From the NCBI GenBank assembly GCA_043228905.1, contig JBHGNT010000012.1, positions 16,554,001-16,618,000 of the forward strand: a stretch of DNA of 64,000 nt, read 5' to 3'. The DNA is from Azolla caroliniana. Its lineage: Eukaryota; Plantae; Polypodiophyta. Made by a program: the position numbers and the translations under genes. This document shows positions 1 through 13,506 of this stretch, piece after piece. The notes beneath the pieces were generated by a model. The model saw only the letters and a list, made by a program, of their open reading frames with translations. It did not search any database and was not told where the DNA came from. How positions within the stretch are numbered: the stretch's first letter is position 1; every line of letters begins with the position of its first letter.

Positions 1-2782
1 GAAGCAGAAGAGTGAAGTGTTCAAGCACTTCCAGACATTCAAGGCCGAAGTCGAAAAAACCACGGCTCGGCATATACGTTGTCTTCGATCAGATGGAGGC
101 AAAGAATATTTTTCGGAAGCATTTTCGGCATATCTTTGAAAAGAAGGAATCCGATGAGAGCTCTCGTGTCGACACACGCCTCAACAAAATGGCGTAGCAG
201 AGCGTAAAAATCGTCATGTAGTAGAAGTCGCACGAGCCATGATGAACGAGACGAACCTGCCGAAATCATATTGGGCAGAAGCGGCAAATACGGTTGTATA
301 TCTCATGAATAGGTGCACAACCTCGGGAGTACACGATATAACTCCGCATGAGAAATTCTTCGAAAAGAAGCCAAACTTGTCACATGTCCGCATTTTCGGT
401 TCTATCGCCTATATACATATTCCTGACGATACACGGCAACAGCTTGACCCAAAGTCGGAGAAATGTATCCTCGTAGGATACTCACTCGAACAGAAGGGGT
501 ACAAATGCTATAAACCATCTACACGTAAGGTTCGAACAAGTCGAGACGTAGTCTTCGATGAACACACATCCTGGTACGCACCAGAGAATGCTTCGACTCC
601 AACCCCGCTCGACGCGGATGGCTGAGTGGGCCATTAGAGCCACTGAGCGATGAAAGCACATCTCGGCCGAGTCTGAAGTTGGACAAAGGGAAGGTGAAAA
701 TGCGGGAATATGAAGATCAATTCAAATTCGAATCGACCCACTCCCTTGATAGTGAGTTCAAAGGCCTTGACACTGGGACAAACAACGTAAAGAAAGCTTT
801 AGAATCCGCGAACGAAAAGCTACGCTGGCCACCCGAGAGAAGAACCCTGTAAACCGTTACGGCTACGATGAGTACATGGTGTATCACTACGTTTTTATGA
901 TGAAAGTAGCGACAGTAATGGAACCGAAAACGCTTTCCGAAGCCGCAAAGGATCCGCGATGGGTCGACGGGATGAATGAGGAGATGGAAGCTTTATGCAA
1001 AAATGAGACATGGGATCTCGTTCCTCTCCCCCCCAAACAAAGTAAAATACAATGCAGACGGATCCGTGAATCGCTTCAAACCATGGCTCATTGCGAAAGG
1101 CTACGCGCAAATGCATGGCATAGACTACGAAGAAACCTTTGCCCCGGTGGCAAAGATGACAACTGTACGGACAATAATTGTACTCGCCGCAGCGAAGGGA
1201 TGGCACCTCCACCAAATGGACGTGAAAAATGCTTTCCTCCAAGGAGAGTTAGAAGAAGAGGTGTACATGATACAACCACCTGGATTCGAATCACGTACTA
1301 AGCATCCGCATGCCATATGCCAACTCAAGAAGCCACTCTACGGCCTCAAACAAGTACCGCGTGCTTGGCACTCAAAGATCATGCAATATCTTCACCAAGT
1401 CGGATTTCGAATGTCAAAATCTGACACCTCTCTGTACATCTGAAATGAGTCGGATAGCCCGATCATCATCATCCTGTACGTGGATGATTTGGTCATAGGA
1501 GGGAAGGATCTCACCGAGATTAACAAAGTCAAATCACTTCTTTCCAGCAGATTCGAAATGAAAGACTTACACGACCTCTATTACTTCCTAGGTATTGAAG
1601 TAATTCGAACACCAGTCGGAATAATGATCTCTCAACAGCACTACATTCGCAACTTACTCTACAAGTTCAGAATGACTAAGTGCAAGCCTGTGTCTACCCC
1701 TCTTGATCGTAATCTCAAGATCGATGCCAATTCGGGAACCGCTGAGAGCGAGCCGACTCAGTATCGACAACTGATTGGTAGTTTGATCTATCTGACCATT
1801 ACGTGACCCGACCTCAATTATTCAGTTGGCCTACTTAGCCAATTTATGCAGAATCTGTGAAATCTTCACTGGACTGCACTAAGAGGATACTTTGGTATGT
1901 CAGTACGACAATGAACTACGACATTATGTACAAGACCAATGCGATCATTCGACTCGAAAGGTACACAGACGCGGACTGGGAAGGATATAAAGCGGACATG
2001 TGATCCACATCCGAATTCGTCTTCTCTCTTGGTAGTAGAGCGATCTCCTGGAGTAGTAAGAAGCAACCGACCGTCATACTATCGAGCATAGAAGCCAAAT
2101 ACAGGGGCGCAACAGTCGCTGCATGCGAAGCCCTCAAACACGTACTAAAGGATTTGGGCGTACCCATCAAGGATCCGATTTTCCTATACTGCGACAACAT
2201 GAGCAGTATATACCTGGCGCGGAATGTCGTATTCCACGCACGGACTAAACATATCGAGGTCCACTGCCACTTCATCCGCGAGCGCATACAGGCCAGACAG
2301 ATCGACCTACAACACATCAGTACACACCTCCAGGTTGCTGATATTTTCACGAAAGCTCTAGGCGTCGACAAGCTTGGGCAATTTGCATCGGGCCTTGGTC
2401 TCACGACATCTACATTGCCGAGCTTGAGTGGGAGTACACAACACGTGCTAGACTACGTAACACGCAATAAGAAGCGTAAAACAATAAAGCCAGAAACCGA
2501 TTCCTTAAATCGAAGTACTCCAGAGACCGAAACAACTTTTCGACAGATGGAAGTTGTGTTCGAAGGGGCGTGTTGAGAATCGAACTCAACTTCCCAGAGA
2601 TAGGTTTCACACTAGCTCATGGACATACTAGGCTATTTTTGTAAATAGTAGAAAGGGGACTCGCCCTAGCTCAGTTGGTATTTAAACCAACCCCTTGTAA
2701 CTTAGTTGTTGTTGGATGTTTTATGTTTGATGTATTTTTGGTCTATATACAGTTTCCTATCTCTGTCTTAAGCTCCCTCCCT

Positions 2783-2859
<77 letters not shown>

Positions 2860-2933
2860 GCCTCACACACACACTCTCTCTCTCAATCTTCTTCCGCTGC
2901 ATTGCAATCACTCTTGCCTCTCATTTGTTTACA
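1..2933 (+). mobile_element. Ty1/Copia LTR retrotransposon remnant: integrase, RT, RNase H, PPT and 3' LTR; 5' part lies outside the window
   Basis: Integrase (YWAEAANTVVYLMNR, ORF 239-625); Copia RT (LHQMDVKNAFLQGELEEEVYM, LYVDD, 976-1806); RNase H (YCDN, HARTKHIEVHCHFIRE). Broken by stops and frameshifts. Purine tract GAAGGGGCG at 2562-2570, then an LTR from TG at 2571 to about CA at 2933. Confidence 0.9.
2781..2855. repeat. (CT)n microsatellite inside the LTR
   Basis: Directly visible dinucleotide run. Confidence 0.95.
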
Positions 2934-4985
2934 GTAGTGAAGATGACCTCCATCCGGACTGTTTTGAGTATGGTTGCCAGTATGAATCTAGAAATTGAAC
3001 AATTGGATGTTAAAACAACATTCTTGCATGGTGAGTTGGAAGAGGAAATCTATATGCAACAGCCCGAGGACTGAAACAAGCTCCTCGACAATGGTATAAG
3101 AACATGTTGGAACATGGATTCCACAAAACACAAGCCGACCATTGTGTATTTGTGAAGAGGTATGATGAAGGTGATTTTTTGATTCTTTTGTTGTATGTGG
3201 ATGATATGCTGGTTGTTGGACAGAATGCTAAAAAGATTGCAAGCTTGAAGAAAGCTTTGAGCAAATCTTCTACCATGAAAGACTTAGGACCGGCAAAACA
3301 GATTTTGGGAATGCATATAGTCCGGGACAGGATTAAAAACATGTTATGGCTGTCACAAGAGAAATATGTGACAAAGGTTTAACATGTTTAATGCAAAATT
3401 TGTTGGATCTCCATTACCGGTGAATTGTAAGCTAAATTCAAGACAATGTCCGAAAACTGAGAAAGATAAGGCAGAAATGAGGGTGTCGTATGCATCGGTT
3501 GTTGGGAGCCTAATGTATGTTATGGTTTGCACGAGGCCGGACATTGCATTTGTTGTTGGGATAGTTAGTCGCTACATGAGTAATCCTGGAAAGGAACATT
3601 GGGCAGCCGTAAAATGGATACTCAGATACCTCAAAGGTACTTCAAGTGTATGCCTTAGATATGGCTCTAGGAAACCTATGCTTGCAGGCTTCACAAATTC
3701 TGATATGTCAGGTGATGTAGATTCCAACCGATCCACATCCGGGTATGTGATGGCTTATTCAGGGGGAGCTATATCTTGGCAATCAAGATTGCAAAAGGTT
3801 GTGGCTTTATCAACCACAGAGGTTGAGTATATGGCTGTAGTGGAAGCCGAAAAAGAATGATTTGGATGAAAGATTTCCTAAGTGAACTTGGAATGAAACA
3901 AAAAACATTCCTACTTCATTGTGATAATCAGAGTGCTATTCATCTTGCTAAGAATGCTGCCTATCACTCTCATACAAAGCATATTCAAAGAAGGTATCAT
4001 TGGTTGCGAGAGAGAGTGGAAGAAAATGAGTTTATTTTAGCGAAGATCCACACTGACGAAAATGGATCAGACATGCTTACTAAAGTCTTATCTATGGAAA
4101 AACTTGTTCTGTGCCGGCAAAAGACTGGTTTGGTTGACTCTCCCCCTATAGGAGTGAAGGGGGAGTTTGTTATATAAGATTGTCCCTCCTTGTGGGGGAG
4201 TCGGCTGGCCGAAATCGGTTGAGAAGCCAAAATGAGTCGGTTTACCAAAATTGGCTGAGAAGCCGAAATGAATCGGTTTACCAAAATTGGCTGAGAAGCC
4301 AAAATCAGTTGATTGACTGAAATCGGTCGAAAAGCCGAAACGAGAGTCAGCTGGCCAAAATCGGTTGAAAAGCGGTCAAATGGGAGTCGGCCAAATAGAA
4401 CTTAGAACAACATATATGTATTATGTATGTATGTATGTATGTATTCATATATGTGTATATGAGATGAGTTAGTATATATTGGTAGAGTCGTATTGGTTGC
4501 GTATGTATATGGGATAACTCACCGAGAGTAAAAACAGTGAGAGCAGCGCAGAAGTAAATAGAAGTGAGTATGTAAGAGTGTAAAAATGTGTTGTGAGAGT
4601 GGTATATAGAGAATAATATATAGTGAGCTAACACAATAGTGGTTGTGCATATGACATAGATTGAAAGCTGAGTGTGAGAGGAAGAAAGAAGAGCGCAACA
4701 GAAAGGAAGAGAGACAGAACAAAGAAGCTTTGGAAGCTTCGAAAGAGATAGATCCCTACAAGTTAGGAGTTGGTGCACTCGGCTGAACTCGTGGTTTCAG
4801 AGTACATCCATACCAAATCAGGTTCTATCATTCCGTGATTGTATTTCGTCTTATCTCTTAGTGGAAATTTCTGTTCACCGTGGTTTTTCCCTGAAATCAG
4901 GGTTTTCCACATAAATCGGTGTTTGCTTTTTGTTCGTTTGTGTCTCTCTATATCTGTGGTTCGCGTCTAAGTGTAAAATCTATCA
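2934..4985 (+). mobile_element. Second Copia (Tnt1/Tork-like) remnant: RT, RNase H, PPT and 3' LTR; interrupted at its 5' side by the first element
   Basis: RT resumes right after the first LTR (VVKMTSIRTVLS..EQLDVKTTFLHGELEEEIYM, LLYVDDML); RNase H (CDNQSAIHLAKN). PPT GAAGGGGGAG at 4156-4165; LTR about 4168-4985. Confidence 0.88.
4195..4400. repeat. Degenerate ~36-bp tandem repeat in LTR U3
   Basis: Recurrent AAAATTGGCTGAGAAGCCGAAATGAATCGGTTTACC-like units. Confidence 0.8.
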
Positions 4986-6473
4986 TAATCTTGGGCCATG
5001 TTGGCTTCATCACTCTTTGCACATGAAACACTTCCAGCAATGGTCATGCTGGATTCCTTCTTCTTCTCATTCCGCTTAACAAGCTTTCTACACTCATCAA
5101 TAGTATGACCAACCTTCGGCAATATTTGCATCTCTTCTTCTTTTGCAAATCACCATCATTAGAGGAATAAGTGGAAGAGGGAGGTTGAGGCTTTGGTTTT
5201 GATGAACCAAAAGCGCAACCATACTTGCTTTTTCCTTTTTGTGAGATAGCAAGTTCTTGTGTTCCTTCTATCAAACCACTTCTATTTAGTCTAGATTGTT
5301 CTTCTTGCAAAAGAAGAGACACAACCTCATCAAATTCATACATATTGGTATTCCCTTTTGCAACCAAATAGATTGTAGTAGCAAAGCTTTGAAAAGATTC
5401 AGGTAATCCTTTCAACGTAGAGACGAGTGATGTATTCGAAATGATCTCATCTATGTTCGCCAATTGCTCTTTCAAATCTTTCATGTGTTTCACATACACA
5501 TCTACTGACTCCTTTTCAGCCATATATACATCCTTAAGTTGCTTTCTCAAATATGCAACACGTGCTTCATTACGCACGGCATACAACGAAGCAAGAGTGT
5601 CCCATGTTTGTTTGGATGTAGAGCATGACCGAATATGTGGAACTATATGACACTTCACAGAAAGTGCAATCAATGCATGAGCTTGAGCATCCTTTCCATC
5701 CCATCTACGTTTCTCTTGTGTAGGTGGAGTAGATGAAGTCACTGTGCTCGAAGAAGAACTTGTATTTGTGACAGTAGACTGTGCAGTAGAATGACCGGCT
5801 GGATGCCGATCTACATCTACCACTATGTTCCATAGTTGTTTGGCAACAAGAACGTGTTTCATCGAGTAGGACCACATCGGATAATTAGTCCCATCAAGCT
5901 TATCTTAAGCTTGAAGCATGCCAAACAAGTCACCATTGTTTGCCATTTTACCAAAGAACAAGAAAGTGGCAAAATCTTACCTCAATGAAATCTGAACTGA
6001 GTGCTGAAATTTCAGCTCACAAACTATCACTCGGATGGCGATTTTGACTGCACGAACGGCTTCAAAATGGGGGTAAAATAGCATGGTAACTGCTGAAAAT
6101 GCTCTTCGAGTGTTGAAATTCACTTCTCTATATTCAAAGGTTGATTTGCATAGCTAAAAATGTGTGCGTGCCGCGACGCAGAAAACCGAAGATGGAGAGG
6201 ATGAAGAATTTGCTCTGATACCACTGTTGGGTGTGTGTGGAAGAGTGAGAGACACACAAGAAGCTCAGACAAGAAGCACTCACACAAAGAAGAAATAGCC
6301 GGAATAGCTCTCTCTATTGATTAATTAATACAAAACTAGTAAGAGCTTAAATATATATCCCTAAGTACTAAGTGCCACCACATATGAGTGAGTCATGTAT
6401 GTGGAAACATGGGGAAAAAACCTCTAGCTAGCACTAGAGTAAAAAGTGCCCATGCATAGGGAAAATGTTCACA
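4986..6473 (-). mobile_element. Third Copia remnant: 5' LTR (6225-6473), tRNA-iMet PBS and gag
   Basis: Minus-strand TGGTATCAGAGC at 6212-6223 next to an LTR end. Gag ORF 5044-5877 (W..L.SLYAV.NEARVAYLRKQL; LKGLPESF; degenerate CCHC). Confidence 0.88.
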
Positions 6474-7199
6474 TCAAAGCTACTCGAGGAACACGTAAGT
6501 GTAACAGTATCAACCTTTTCATTATGAACACACTTTTTGCTCAATTCATTACTACTTGAGTTCAAAGGGTCAATCGAGAAAAATGAATTTGATCTATTAG
6601 TAACATCAAAGTTTGACCTTTGCTCCTCCTTGTTTTTAACACTTAGGTAATTGTACTCATCGATAGAGAACAACGAGTTGTCAGATAAGGTAATTTAGGG
6701 TCCACAGAAAAGAGAGGTATTCTACTCAAAGGGGACAACATCGCTACTTAGGTAAATGGACTTGATTTGATCACTTTATCACTAGATTACCTTAAGAATA
6801 ATTCAAACATGTTGAGGAATAAGAATTTTAAACATAGACATTGTGTGTTTTAATTTTTTATTTAATTTTAAGCAATTAAAAAAAAACATTTAAAGAAATT
6901 ATTTAAATTTTTCATATATTTTTTCTAATTATTTAATAAAATTATTTCTTGGAAAGACACTATAAAAAGGAAAGTCTTCGACTCATTGTCATTATTGTGT
7001 TGAAGAAGTCTGAGAGCTCAAGAGCACAAGCAACCCAGCAATCTAGTCGACAGTTTACAAAGTCAACCATCATGAACAAGGGGAAAAAATTTGCCAGGTT
7101 GGTTTTCTTATTCCATTCTTAAGATTCCATAAAGATTCCTTTAAGATGATTGTTTTTGAGTAAGAATTGTCGAACGAAATCTCTTTCTTTAGATTGTAT

Positions 7200-7492
7200 T
7201 GTGGATGAAGGCTTCTATCTTCAGCCACAATTCGATGCACTACATTGGATTGTGGTTGAAGAGTTATGCCTTTCAACGAGAATCTGATGTAGTGCATTGG
7301 ATTCTCGTTGAAGGGAGTCCACTCGGATTGTGGTGGAAGAGTCCTCTCTACTACAATATGATGCACTGCATCGGATTGTGGTTGAAGACACCTCTCTTCA
7401 ACTATAATCCAATTCAATGCATCAGATTGTGGTTGAATAGTGGGATCTTCAACCACAATCTGATGCACTGCATTGCATTCTCGTTGAAAGGC
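7200..7492. repeat. Array of about five ~45-bp imperfect palindromes in intron 1 of the ParB-methyltransferase gene
   Basis: Units such as TCTTCAGCCACAATT..GATTGTGGTTGAAGA (7218-7262) and TTCAACGAGAATC..GATTCTCGTTGAA (7272-7312). Confidence 0.85.
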
Positions 7493-8478
7493 CGCTTTTT
7501 AGACAAGGTCTGCCCATTATAAAGTGGTCTATGTTTTTCATTTTTGACATTAAATTGATGCTTTTTGTAAGGTAAAAATACAATTTTCTTCAATTTTAAG
7601 TGATTTTTTTTCATTTATTGTTTACTTTAGTGAGCCACGACAAAAACTCCCATCTTTCAAGTTGAAGATACAATCGCCAATAAAAAGGGGGTCCGATAGT
7701 TTCTTGCAAGACAAGTCCCGAAAAACACTCTTCGAGTCCAATAGTGATGGCACCTCGAAGTCTTCAGTTGGGAATACAACAAAGTTACTTCATGACAAGC
7801 CTCACAAACCAAAGACCAAGAACTACATAGACCTTGAATGGAGTTTGGTTGATGTAGAAGAAAATGGAGTACTTTTATTGGTTTTTGCTAAATCTCCAAG
7901 AAAAAGCAAACTGGACATGGGAAAAACGTTCACATACAGAAAACTCCAAAATATTGAGTATGAGGATTTGGATTCCCCATGTCATGAAGACATATATTTT
8001 GGCTTATCAAAAGTCGAACCCACAACTTGTTAATGTATGTGTTGAACCTTTAACCATTGTAATAACATATATGATGTGTAATTATAATAATTATATTTTT
8101 AGTTATTAAAAGATATTTAGAAAATTCTAGATTATTCTCTAAGAATATTCTTGAATATTTCATGATTATATTTATTATCATAAATATCTAAAATATTTTA
8201 GAACATTCTATAATACTCCATAAGGATCTATAAATAGGTGATACATTCATCACAACTCATTCGGGTCAACATCAGTCTTTAGCACCTTAGCCTACTCTTT
8301 GTAACCTTGTTTTCTCATAATATAATATCATTTCCATTTCTTGTCTTAAAATCTCTCTCTCAAAACATCCACTTGAATAAGATCCCGAACCCAGTAGCTA
8401 TAGAAGTGATCCATGGTCGCCCTATAGCATCAAGTGATATAGTCGAAGAGTCTGAACCAATTCGTGTAGTCCTAGAGC

Positions 8479-9614
8479 TGGCGAATCCGCGCCGTCAATA
8501 GCTCCTCCCGGCTCATTTCGTCCGCCCAGTCGATTGCTGCCCATGAAGAGGTCATCCGCTCCATTGGCATGATCGGCTTCTGCCCGTACATAAGCTCTGT
8601 CGGCATAAACCCGGTAACCGAACTGTGTGTGGTTCAGTCCGCCCACAGTGTGTAAGGTAGGAGTCGTGGCCAATTCCCAACTTGCCCCTCGCACACCCGT
8701 ACTAACGCCTTCACTATCGGCCCGTGTCCGCGTTCCACCTTCCCATTCGCCTCCAGATTATATGCCGTAGTGAGAGATAGTTTTACCCCCAATCAGCTGA
8801 ACAACTCTTCGACTTCCTGCGCGTCCAGTTCTCCACGGTCAGCGACGATCTTCCCCACGTATCCATATCGGCAAACCACCTCTTCGATTAGGAACCAACA
8901 TACATACGCGGTTGTTTTGTTCTGTAGTGCACGGCTCTCCACCTGGTTCGTCAGGTTCTCCTGCGCATGCACCAGGTACTGCATTTGCCGCACTCCCATC
9001 GGCATCGTCACTAAGTCCACAATCCATTTGAAATGGACGGTCGGCAGGTAGGCCAGATGCAACTCGTCTCTATGCCGGATCACAGAATGCATCTGGCAAC
9101 TTTCGCATGTCGTCACGAATTGATGCGAATCTCGATACATTCCTAGCCACCAGAATTTTTCCTTCAGCTTGTCGAACGTGGCCCACGTTTCGCGGTGACC
9201 GGCCCAAGGGCTCTCGTGGTACGCCAACAACAGCGCCTTTTGCTCTTCCCTTCTTATCACTACGCGGAGTGGAATGCCGTTACACTTCTTCGGATGCCTC
9301 CATATACTCCCATTCTTCCGAAAGAACCGATACGCCTTCTTCTTGATCCTGTACGCATCCCTTGTCCATGTCGCGTCCCGCGCCAATGTCCTTAAGAATC
9401 TGCCTATCCGAAGCCACTCACCGTTGTACTCATTTTCGTTAAACTCATTCAGTCCTAGAGTGCTCCCCTCTCCTACTGTTACGCGAGCCGACTCGAAGAA
9501 GTCCACCCTGACTTATTCGTCCTTCGACACCATGTCGTCCTCGTTGTCAAACCGCGCTCTTGAAAGCATATCGTCCATGGCGTTGTCTTTACCGGAAATG
9601 TGTCGGATCTCCGA
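8479..9614 (-). mobile_element. LTR-less internal fragment of a non-chromoviral Gypsy (RNase H end, integrase Zn-binding domain and core)
   Basis: EIRHISGKDNAMDDMLSRARF; HESPWAGHR..CESCQ; KIVADRGELDA (ORFs 9513-9722 and 8793-9506). Confidence 0.8.
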
Positions 9615-10073
9615 GTGGTTTGAGTTACATAACCCAACTATTATTGGAGAAAAAGAACTATTGAAAAGGTCACAGTACAATCTAAGTCTCTTGAAACTCC
9701 AACAAAGGATATGGGATCCCACACGATTTCAACAATCTCTATATGTCAGTTACGTGAGGATGGAAGGAAAGAAAACATGTTTGTGTTCGCGGTTTTAACA
9801 ACTCCTTCATCTAGCTCACAAGATTTGGGGGTCCAACTACCAAAGAAGTATATAGAATTCTCCAATGTGTTCAATAAGGTGAAGGCTAATAGACTACTAG
9901 AGCATCAACCATATGATTGCCCGATTGATTTGCAGTCAGGAAAAGAGCCTCCATAGGGACCAATTTATAACCTTTCACCCACAGAGTTAAAGGTTCTTCG
10001 AGAATATATCGATGAAAACCTGGCAAATGGTTTTATCCAACATTCAAGATCTCCTGTTGGTGCACCCATCTTT

Positions 10074-11210
10074 TGTCACCATGTTTCCAACTATGATCGA
10101 TCAAGAGGAAAGAGAGTGGTTGGCGATCCAAACAAAATCGAGAACGACCCGACTCGGATCGTTCTCCAGTCGGCTACTTTGTCGACTCGGGTCTATTTCC
10201 AAATCGCATCATGTTGACTTTGCTTTGTTCGACTCTTGTCGAATCGGCCTTGTCTTTGATTGTTTGTTGAATCTCTTATTCGACTTAGTGGGATGGTCCT
10301 TCTACAACATCTCTGTCGACTTCGAAGTATACCTTTTTACGAACTATTTTTTGCTAGTTCCGCTAAGAGAAGATATAGTCTTCATTGAAGACTACATCAC
10401 TGCTCCGGATTAATTTCTGGTTCTCAAGGTCCCATAGTCGGTAGCCAAAGTACCCATCGGTTCCATAACCGAGAAATATGCATTTCTTCAGATGGGGTGC
10501 CAACTTTGTCCTTTTCTCCCTAGGGATGAACGCGTAGATTTCTCATCCAAATAAATGGAGCCTATCGTAGGTCGGTTGTTTGCCTGACTATAGTGCTTGT
10601 GGCACTTCGAGCCTAATTGCTTTCAAAGGTGATAGATTTACCAAGTATACTATCGTCTGCAATGCCTCGGCCTAGAACTTCAGCTTTAGTCCAGCTTGTT
10701 CGAGCATTTCCGTCACCCTTTGTTGGATCGTTCGGTTGATCCGTTCTGCCACTTCATTCTGAATGGGTGTGTAAGGAATGATCTTTTGATGCCAGACCCC
10801 TTTGTTGGATAGGTATTGCTTGAAGGCTCTAGAGGTATATTTGCCTCCATTGTCGGATCGGAGTGTCTTCACTCTGTGTTCCGATCGGTTCTCCTCTTCA
10901 GATGTGCACCGAGTGAAGACCTTGAGCGCTTCGTCTTTGGACTTGATTGAGTAGGCCCAGACCTTTCGTGTATAGTCATCTAGAAAGGTGATGAAGTATC
11001 GGGAGCCTCCTAGTGGTCGCTCTAGCATGGGCCCACATATGTCTGTGTGCACGAGCTCTAGGGGCTGTCATACCATCTCGTAGTGGAGAGAGTGTGGACT
11101 TCGGGTCTGTTTCCCCTATCAACAATGCTCGCAGAAGTCTGTCTTTGCTTGGAGTTTAGGGATGTAGCCGACCGCCACTTCGAGGGAGGATAAATGTTTC
11201 GGAACATGCA
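10074..11210 (-). mobile_element. Copia integrase fragment
   Basis: HTDICGPM, FLDDYTRKVW, TLRSDNGGKY, QNEVAERINRT (ORF 10672-11052); GAG-pre-integrase CEHC near 11125. Confidence 0.85.
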
Positions 11211-12496
11211 TTGTGTACGAAACATCGGGTGATGAAGGTGCAAGCATGAGAAAAGCTTTCATGATCAAGGGAGATAAAGAGTTTGAGTCCAACGTGATTG
11301 AGGAGGTAGCCATGACAAACAACATCGAGTCGGAGGTGGCCATGTCGACGGGGGATAGCCATGTCGAGACTTTCTCCACACTTGTTCCAGAGACTTCGGC
11401 GGTTGTGCCCATGTGCCAACGTGAGACCAGAGAGACGAAAGGTGGTGACGGGAAGACGAAGGCCAAACACAAGGAGGAAGAAGATCGAGGACAAAAGGAT
11501 ATCCCCACACCTATTCTGGAGACTTTGGTGGTTGTGCACGTGCGCCAACGTGAGACCGGAGAGACGGAATGTGTCGACGGAAAAGTGGAGGACTGGAAGG
11601 GCGATGAGGAAGACAAGGTAAATGTGCATGAACGAAGGGATTCCTTCACACCGGTTCCGGAGACTTCGGCAGTCGAGACCGTGTGTCAACATAAGACCGA
11701 AGATAAAGGAGGTGGTGGAGAGGAGACAATATGGCTCGAGGCGATCATACACAGAGGGAAGGATGTGGCCGACGAGGAGGCCAAGGATGAAGTCGCCGTT
11801 GAGTTCTATGGAGAGGAGGCATGCGGGAACGAAGGAAGAGTTCAAAACCAGTCGAACCGGAAGACGATCCGACCCGAATTCCGGCCCGAATTCCGGCCCG
11901 AACAAAGGAAGATCCACATGGGAGCCGATCGACCGGGGCCAACCCGGCCAAAACTTGATTCGTCGGAAATCAATCGGACGATCCCGATCCAAAAGGGGGC
12001 TGACCTGGCCAAAATCAATCGGTCAAGCCCGACTCGGCGAAATGCGAATGCAAACGAAGGCCAACCGAGCCAAAAAGTGATCGGCGGAGATCGATCCGGA
12101 CAAGGGCAAACCTGGCCTAATCTGGAGATCGACACGAACGATCTACAACACCCAGTTGAAGATGGTTGGAGCGAAGAGTGGCCAGGAGTCCAATTGAAGG
12201 ACACGTGCGGTGGACGAAGGAAGAACGGTTGGATCGACGACATCGTGCGGTAGATCTACTACAACCGACCGGGGAAGAAGGTGTGAACGCCGGATATGGT
12301 GGATCGGGTGGCTACGGTGGTTCGGTTGGAAAGATTGGGCATACTCGAAGTGGAAGATGAAGTCAGATGAGGTCGACGAGCATGCGGAGGAACTCGGTTG
12401 ATCATCGTTGCCAAAGATCTCACCTCTTCACCTTTCTCGGCACATACCGGAGGATGTGCGGGTTTGGTGGGGGTGGATGTCGTGACGATTTTCGTC
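11211..12496 (+). mobile_element. 3' internal fragment of the pol-less LTR family found at 14227-26372 (acidic repeat ORF, PPT, LTR start)
   Basis: ORF 11213-12253 shares ETSAVV..QRET.ET.GG repeats with ORF 23599-25170. It ends GGTTTGGTGGGGGTGGA-TGTCGTGA, as at 25274-25298. Confidence 0.85.
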
Positions 12497-13506
12497 TACT
12501 GTGTGAAACCGGTAAAGAGAAAACAGAAATAAAGAGAGTTTCCATTAAAGCTTCATCCGTGTGTGTCTATTATCTGACTATATCTTCTTGCCTTCCCTCT
12601 GTGTTGTTTGCTAAGCATAACCGACAGGTCCTCACATATGTTTTCGCGCATATTTTTCCTTCAATTGGTATCAGAGTGATCCGCGGCTCGGCGGCAACAA
12701 ACAGAAAAAAAGGGCTGAAAGGAAAAAGTCCAGGTTAGCAAATATCACTTTCAAAAGAATCATGGCAACAACATCTGGTACAAGAGTTGAGATCCGAGAA
12801 TTCGACAACAAAAACTTTTCCCTATGGAAGGAGATGATGTAGGATGTACTGATTATTCGAAGACAGGTCGAGGCCATTTGACACTCCGAAAAGCCTGCTT
12901 CAATGTCAGCCGATGAGTTGAGATCAATGGACGAAATCGCACGCTCCACCATTCGAATGCACCTGACCGAAAATGTCTACTTCAGCATGCAAAAGAGACG
13001 ACAACGTTCTCATTATGGGAGAAGCTACAAGCCGTGTATGAGAAAAAGTCCTCATCTTCAAAACTGATCTTGATCAAACAACTGTTCAACATGAAGATGA
13101 GAGAGACCGATCCGGCTACCTCTCACATCAACACCTTCAACCGGGTGTTGTCAGAACTCTCCTCACAAGGGATCAACTTCGAAGAAGAAGTGAAAGCCCT
13201 TGCCCTCCTATCAAGCTTGCCGGTGAGTTGGGAGGTATTATGCATGACATAATCCAATAGCCGACCGATCCTAAATCTGGATGAGACGATTGACCAAGTC
13301 CTCATCGACGACATTAGGTGAAAATCTATGGGACTCACCATCGATGAATCGATAGAAGCCCATCACTCGATCGAGTCATTTGACCGATAGAGTTGAACGA
13401 GAGAACAAGTTGATAGAACCGGTCGGAATACCAACCGATAAAAAACGAGGGGAGACTGACAACGGTCGAAGTCGAGAACGGACCGAGCAGGTGAATTCTG
13501 CGCACA
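12497..13506 (+). mobile_element. Copia LTR 3' end, tRNA-iMet PBS and gag fragment (same LTR family as 31687-34613)
   Basis: TGGTATCAGAG near 12666; gag MATTSGTRVEIREFDNKNFSLWK and ORF 13034-13252; LTR tail matches the reverse complement of 31687-31740. Confidence 0.85.

Noticed and set aside
7200-7492. CRISPR-like array
   Set aside because: Units are degenerate, spacers are only a few bases, there are no cas genes, and the context is a eukaryotic intron.
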